Sequence record: ON529851.1
DNA length: 64,000 nucleotides
Direction: 5' to 3' (one strand)
The notes beneath the pieces are model-generated. The model had not been told where the DNA came from and did no database searches. It saw only the letters and a list, made by a program, of their open reading frames with translations. Position numbers and translations under genes: made by a program. Below, piece after piece: positions 59,834 through 64,000 of the stretch (position 1 is its first letter; the number at the start of each line of letters is the position of its first letter).

Positions 59834-60254
59834 CCGCGACGCCGAAACAGCCGCCATCGCCATGCTGTGGCATCAAGGCTACGGCTATTACACCGATCCG
59901 ATGGAGGGCGGGCAGGACGCCTACGACCTCTCGATGCAGATGCTTGACCTGGCGGAGGCGGCGGTCAACGCCCTGCGCCGTACCGGAAGACTGGCTTTGA
60001 ACCAAGACAATCCCTCCAACCAGGCCCTGTCGGACGAACGCAGCGACAACGCGCCCCCGGCCATCCGCGCCCTGTTCCGGGAATACGAGCAGGGTTGGGT
60101 TTTCAGCGCCCTGTCGGCGGCGGGGATCAACGGCAATCCCGCCCTCTACACCGAGCAGCAGTTGACGCAGGGCGTGGCGCTCGCCACGGCGCTTCTGGAG
60201 GCCCAACGCCGACGCGACACCGAGGCGCTTTTTCAGCCCCGTCCTGGCGGTTGA
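59826..60254 (+). CDS. hypothetical protein
   Basis: ATG 59826 with GAGG RBS. Confidence 0.55.
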   Translation: MSDRDAETAAIAMLWHQGYGYYTDPMEGGQDAYDLSMQMLDLAEAAVNALRRTGRLALNQDNPSNQALSDERSDNAPPAIRALFREYEQGWVFSALSAAGINGNPALYTEQQLTQGVALATALLEAQRRRDTEALFQPRPGG

Positions 60255-60286
60255 GCGTTGACGGCCAAGATTGCCGGTAGTAAGTG
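60253..60286 (+). promoter_or_regulatory. promoter (GAGCG-TTGACG class), probable leaderless transcript
   Basis: GAGCG TTGACG-17 nt-TAAGTG; ATG 6 nt later. Confidence 0.55.
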
Positions 60287-60292
60287 TCAGGC

Positions 60293-60817
60293 ATGACGGC
60301 AATCACCTCACACGCGATCCTCTCCGAGGAAAATCCGCCCCTCTACCGCTACTGGCTGGAGCGGGTCTGGGACGACGCCCTTCCGGTCATGGTCTGGGTG
60401 ATGCTGAACCCGTCGACGGCCGACCACACCGTCAACGACCCCACCATCCTGGCCTGCATGGACTTCGCGCGCCGGAACGGCTGTGGGTCGATCGCGGTGG
60501 TCAACCTCTACGGGTTCCGCTCGCCGCACCCCAAGGTGATGAAGGCCGCGAAGGACCCGATCGGCGACCTGACCTACGACCATCTGCAAAAGGCGATGCG
60601 GATGGTGAAGGATCGGCCGGGTTCGCTGGCGATCTGCGGCTGGGGCAACGGCGACTTCAACTACATGGCGCTGGGGCTGCGCCGGCACGCCCAGGACGCC
60701 GGCGTGACGCTGCATTGCTTCGGCGTCACCAAGGATGGTTCGCCCAAGCACCCGCTGGCGCGAGGCCTGCACCGCATCCCCCGCGACACCCCGCCCCAGC
60801 CCTACACGATCGTCTGA
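60293..60817 (+). CDS. DUF1643 family protein
   Basis: YRYWL.R.W..VMLNPSTAD...DPT..C..FA..G.G.I.VVNLYG..S..P, GWG, G.PKHPL. Confidence 0.82.
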   Translation: MTAITSHAILSEENPPLYRYWLERVWDDALPVMVWVMLNPSTADHTVNDPTILACMDFARRNGCGSIAVVNLYGFRSPHPKVMKAAKDPIGDLTYDHLQKAMRMVKDRPGSLAICGWGNGDFNYMALGLRRHAQDAGVTLHCFGVTKDGSPKHPLARGLHRIPRDTPPQPYTIV

Positions 60818-61617
60818 TGGCCCGGAAACCGCGCAAGGCCGCGCCGCCGCTCCAGAACCTGTGCCTGGACATTCCGCTTACGAGGGCTCCAGCCCCCTAC
60901 CTCATCGGCGTCGATCCGGCGGCCAAGGACCCCCAGTCCTGGGGCATGGCGATCAGTCCGGCGACCGCGCCTCCGACCCCGCCGCTGGCCGTCGCCGCGA
61001 CGCAGCAGGCGATCGACTGGAAGTCGGTGACCGCCGGGCTCGACTGGGCGAAAACGGCGGACACCATGGCGAAATACAAGGATGCGATCGCGTCCATTAC
61101 TCAGGCTCAAATGAACTCGCTCTTTCAGACGAACATACTCGGCGCCCCCTACGGCGGACGCCACGAGGGTCGGTTTGAGCCGACGCGGGCGGAAGACCTG
61201 GGCTGCGTCGCCGCCATGGTTCAGGCCGTGCGGGACCACTACCGGGGCGAGGGCTTGAGCCTGGACTACTGCGTGAAAGATTGGCGCGACGAGGACCCCC
61301 GCTACCTCAATGCGTGGCTTTTCGGACCGCGAGGCGAGTTCACCGGCTTCGCCCGTGTCGATGCGCTCAAGGACGAGATGACGCAGCATGCGCGCCAGGG
61401 CCGTCGCGGCGACGTGGTCGTGGCGAAACCGCGAGGCCTCCCGATCCCCGTGTCTTTCCGGATCACGCTGCTGATGGGCATTCAGGACGCCATGTGGCGC
61501 AAGAGCGTCCATGGGGTCGGCGAACCTCAGGCCTACTACCAGTTCGCCACCTACGAAGACTACGCCGCCTGGGAATCCCTGGCGACCTACGACAGGACCA
61601 GTCTCGATGACCTCTAA
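60817..61617 (+). CDS. hypothetical protein
   Basis: ATG 60817 by TGATG coupling. Confidence 0.55.
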   Translation: MARKPRKAAPPLQNLCLDIPLTRAPAPYLIGVDPAAKDPQSWGMAISPATAPPTPPLAVAATQQAIDWKSVTAGLDWAKTADTMAKYKDAIASITQAQMNSLFQTNILGAPYGGRHEGRFEPTRAEDLGCVAAMVQAVRDHYRGEGLSLDYCVKDWRDEDPRYLNAWLFGPRGEFTGFARVDALKDEMTQHARQGRRGDVVVAKPRGLPIPVSFRITLLMGIQDAMWRKSVHGVGEPQAYYQFATYEDYAAWESLATYDRTSLDDL

Positions 61618-62143
61618 ACCCGACCGCGCCCTGGTGCTGGAGTTCTCTTCTGCCCTGCACGCCCTCAAGCCGGATGAAGAGGCGTTCACGCTCTGGCTCA
61701 ACACCATGGCGGGCGGCGACTACGCCTTCGGCTACGGCCTGCTGCGGACCTATGAAGACGAATATGATCCGTTCGGCGTGCTGGTGGCCCTCAACGGGCA
61801 AGACTGGCGATGGGACGCGCAGGACGAATCCTGGGCCTACGCCGACTCCGCCACCACTCTCAACCCGCTGACCCTGGCGAAATGGCTAGGGATGGAACGG
61901 GACTGGGAGTGGCTGAATATCTTCCTGGACTCTCTCACGCGCCTGAGCGACCAGAACGCCTCTTTCGCGCCGATCGTCGCCGTACTGCGCGAAGCCTTGG
62001 ACACGGCGCGGATCAGTCGCGACCGCTTCAACGACGGCGTGCATCTGGCGCATACCAGCAGGATGCCCGGTCCCAACTCAGGCATGATTGACGAACGTCG
62101 CACGTACCGGGACTACGTCCGCAACCCCTTCTACGCCCGATGA
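61607..62143 (+). CDS. hypothetical protein
   Basis: ATG 61607. Confidence 0.55.
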   Translation: MTSKPDRALVLEFSSALHALKPDEEAFTLWLNTMAGGDYAFGYGLLRTYEDEYDPFGVLVALNGQDWRWDAQDESWAYADSATTLNPLTLAKWLGMERDWEWLNIFLDSLTRLSDQNASFAPIVAVLREALDTARISRDRFNDGVHLAHTSRMPGPNSGMIDERRTYRDYVRNPFYAR

Positions 62144-62556
62144 GCGAGATCGCCAACATCATCGTCTGCGGCGGCCGCGTCGGGCGCAACCTCACCCAGC
62201 AACGGGTCTGGCGGGTCATGGACGCCTTGGCGCCCAACTGGCCGCGCCCGTTCCGCATCGTTCAGGGCGCGGCGCGCTTCGCTGACGAGTGGAGCGGCCA
62301 GTGGGCGCTGGCGCGCGGTCACCCGATGCAGCCGGTGCCGATCGACCCACGCTTCGACGGCGACGACCTGGACGCGCCCTACCAGCGCAACCAGCGCATG
62401 GCGGATCACTTCCCGCCCTATGCCTGCGTCGGGTTTCCCGGCGGCAACGGCACCCTCAACATGATGACCATCTGCCACGAACTCGGCGTGCCCGTCGCCG
62501 ATGTCGACCTCAATCACGACGGGACGTTTGAAATCCATTGGTGGCCTCAGAAATGA
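62140..62556 (+). CDS. SLOG-superfamily (YspA/DUF2493-like) protein
   Basis: IIVCGGR..IVQGAA..AD....WA..P..RNQRM..GFPGGNGT.NM. Confidence 0.75.
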   Translation: MSEIANIIVCGGRVGRNLTQQRVWRVMDALAPNWPRPFRIVQGAARFADEWSGQWALARGHPMQPVPIDPRFDGDDLDAPYQRNQRMADHFPPYACVGFPGGNGTLNMMTICHELGVPVADVDLNHDGTFEIHWWPQK

Positions 62557-63818
62557 CCGACTTCGCCTTCGTCTACGCCAAACCGCGCCAGCATCTTCTG
62601 ACCGAGGACGGCGCGCTGGAACGCCACCGCCCGATCTACAAGGTCGACGCCCTGGGCAAGATGCGCGTCTGGTTCATGGAGCGCCAGGATGAGAAGCACC
62701 GCGTCGTCTCCGGCTTCGACGGCGGCTCGCTGGTGGCGAACGCCTGGACCGTGTGCAAGTCCAAAGGCAAGGGCAAGGCCCAGACCACGCCGCTGCAACA
62801 GTGCGCCAAGGAGGTCGAGGCCCTCTACAAGAAGGCGCTGGAGCGCGACTATTACGAGACCCATGCAGAGGCCAAGGGTCCGCCGCGCAACTACCTGCCC
62901 ATGCTGGCCGAAAGCTGGAAGGACACCACCTGGGACAAGTGGGTCGCCCGACTGAAGAAGGCGGGCTCCACACCGCTGCCAGGCACGACCGGGGTCTACT
63001 TCCAGCCCAAGCTGGACGGCTACTGCTGCATTTCCTACGACAGCAAGATGCAGTCGCGCGAAGGCCTGCCGATCCTGACGGCGCCGCATGTCGTCGCCGC
63101 GCTGGAATCCTTCTACGCGATGTTCCCCGGACGGCCGCTTCACGGCGAACTCTACAACCACGACCTCAAGGAAGAGTTCGAGGCCCTGGGTTCGCTTCTG
63201 AAAAAGCAAAAGGACATCACCCAGGACCACATCGACGAGGTCGTCGCCAAGGTCCAGTTCCACGTCTATGATTATCCGGGCGCCGGCGAACACCTGCCGT
63301 TCGGCGAGCGGATCGCCGCGCTGAAACGCGATCTGATCGCGGCCGGCGTCGATCTCGACAGCGGCGTCATCCAGATCGTGGAGACGACCGAGGTCCAGGA
63401 CGAGGCGCACCTGGAGACGCTGTGCGGCCTTGCCCTGGAAGCTGGATACGAAGGCGGCATCGGCCGCCTGCACCTGATCTACGAGAAGGCCAAGCGCTCC
63501 TGGAGCGTCATCAAGATCAAGATTTTCGATGACGCCGAGTTCGAGGTGGTGATGGTGCTGGAGGGCGAAGGCAACTACGCCGGTTACGCCAAGGCGGTGG
63601 TCTGTTGGCTGCCCGGCGCGGACCAGGAGGAGGGGCCGACCAAGGACAACACCTTCAAGGCCGGGATCAAGGGTCAGAAAAACCAGCGTCTCAAGGACCT
63701 GCTGACCGAGGAGAACCGGATCGTGACGATCCGCTACTTCGGCTACACCTACGGCGGCACGGGCAAACCGCGCTTCGCCGTCGCCACCAAATGGCACGGC
63801 CTGGAACGGGTGCTGTGA
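62553..63818 (+). CDS. ATP-dependent DNA ligase
   Basis: Motif I QPKLDG, LHGELY, FHVYD, GYEGG, KIK.F.DAEFEV OB domain. Confidence 0.9.
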   Translation: MTDFAFVYAKPRQHLLTEDGALERHRPIYKVDALGKMRVWFMERQDEKHRVVSGFDGGSLVANAWTVCKSKGKGKAQTTPLQQCAKEVEALYKKALERDYYETHAEAKGPPRNYLPMLAESWKDTTWDKWVARLKKAGSTPLPGTTGVYFQPKLDGYCCISYDSKMQSREGLPILTAPHVVAALESFYAMFPGRPLHGELYNHDLKEEFEALGSLLKKQKDITQDHIDEVVAKVQFHVYDYPGAGEHLPFGERIAALKRDLIAAGVDLDSGVIQIVETTEVQDEAHLETLCGLALEAGYEGGIGRLHLIYEKAKRSWSVIKIKIFDDAEFEVVMVLEGEGNYAGYAKAVVCWLPGADQEEGPTKDNTFKAGIKGQKNQRLKDLLTEENRIVTIRYFGYTYGGTGKPRFAVATKWHGLERVL

Positions 63819-64000
63819 TGGAAGGATTCCAGCGCGGCCTTGAACTGATCGGCACCGGCGCCGCCGGACTGTTGGTGCTGGCGTGTCTCATCTTCGGCGC
63901 CTGCTGGTGCGGAATGAAGGTCGGCGGCGTCCTGGAGCCGCTCGCCACCAGCGCGCGCGCGCGCCAGAACGCCTGGACCGCCACGAAGGCCCTGGCCCAG
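63818..64000 (+). CDS. partial membrane protein running off the window end
   Basis: ATG coupled to the ligase stop; hydrophobic N-terminus. Confidence 0.4.
   Translation, partial: MEGFQRGLELIGTGAAGLLVLACLIFGACWCGMKVGGVLEPLATSARARQNAWTATKALAQ

Noticed and set aside
1-64000. Many long opposite-strand or alternate-frame ORFs in the track (for example 33493..35523 -, 40425..42359 -, 16036..17517 +, 28250..29647 +, 56393..57835 -)
   Set aside because: Shadow ORFs typical of high-GC DNA. They lie on top of genes with clear motifs and lack RBS or promoter support.
1-64000. tRNA, rRNA or other structured ncRNA genes
   Set aside because: No cloverleaf or T-loop signature was seen in the short intergenic gaps by eye. 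A tRNAscan-SE/Infernal run would be needed to exclude them fully.
1-64000. Stop-codon reassignment, suggested by the presence of aaRS genes
   Set aside because: Recognisable enzymes are intact in the standard code, and TAG, TGA and TAA all end genes at sensible positions.
1-64000. Prophage, integrase or transposon features
   Set aside because: No integrase, transposase, att-like site or host housekeeping flank was recognised in the window.

Overview
This 64 kb window is GC-rich and gene-dense. It reads as part of a large lytic phage of Caulobacter/Brevundimonas-type alphaproteobacteria. That is an inference from a GcrA-like gene, a CtrA-type box, an alphaproteobacterial-like SerRS, many short orphan genes and the absence of host housekeeping operons. 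Genes from 1 to 33.4 kb run on the minus strand and genes from 37.3 to 64 kb on the plus strand. Between them is a stand-alone plus-strand cassette encoding a 1047-aa cadherin-repeat protein. Recognisable genes: PRTase+HAD pair, DUF262, GcrA-like, two HNH nucleases each directly after an aminoacyl-tRNA-synthetase gene (full SerRS and a minimal GlyRS-like catalytic core), ferritin-like protein, XRE and tandem Fis-like regulators, Nudix, Bcs1-like AAA ATPase, AlkB-like oxygenase, a TelA-vWA-TerC-TerD operon ending in a repeat-bearing TelA-like paralogue, RtcB, MazG-like, metallophosphoesterase, SpoT-type HD domain, SPFH/flotillin, NadM-Nudix+NAMPT NAD salvage pair, DUF1643, SLOG and an ATP-dependent DNA ligase. 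The strongest non-coding signal is a 10-bp box, TTCCTTTACA, found 11 times in intergenic DNA. Nine copies sit at a fixed position in sigma70-like promoters, one is inverted and one has no -35. A GACGAC motif also recurs in many 5' leaders. No tRNA, rRNA or CRISPR array was seen. All product calls come from motif recognition by eye, without database searches. Many start sites were moved from the ORF track to fit Shine-Dalgarno and gene-overlap evidence.
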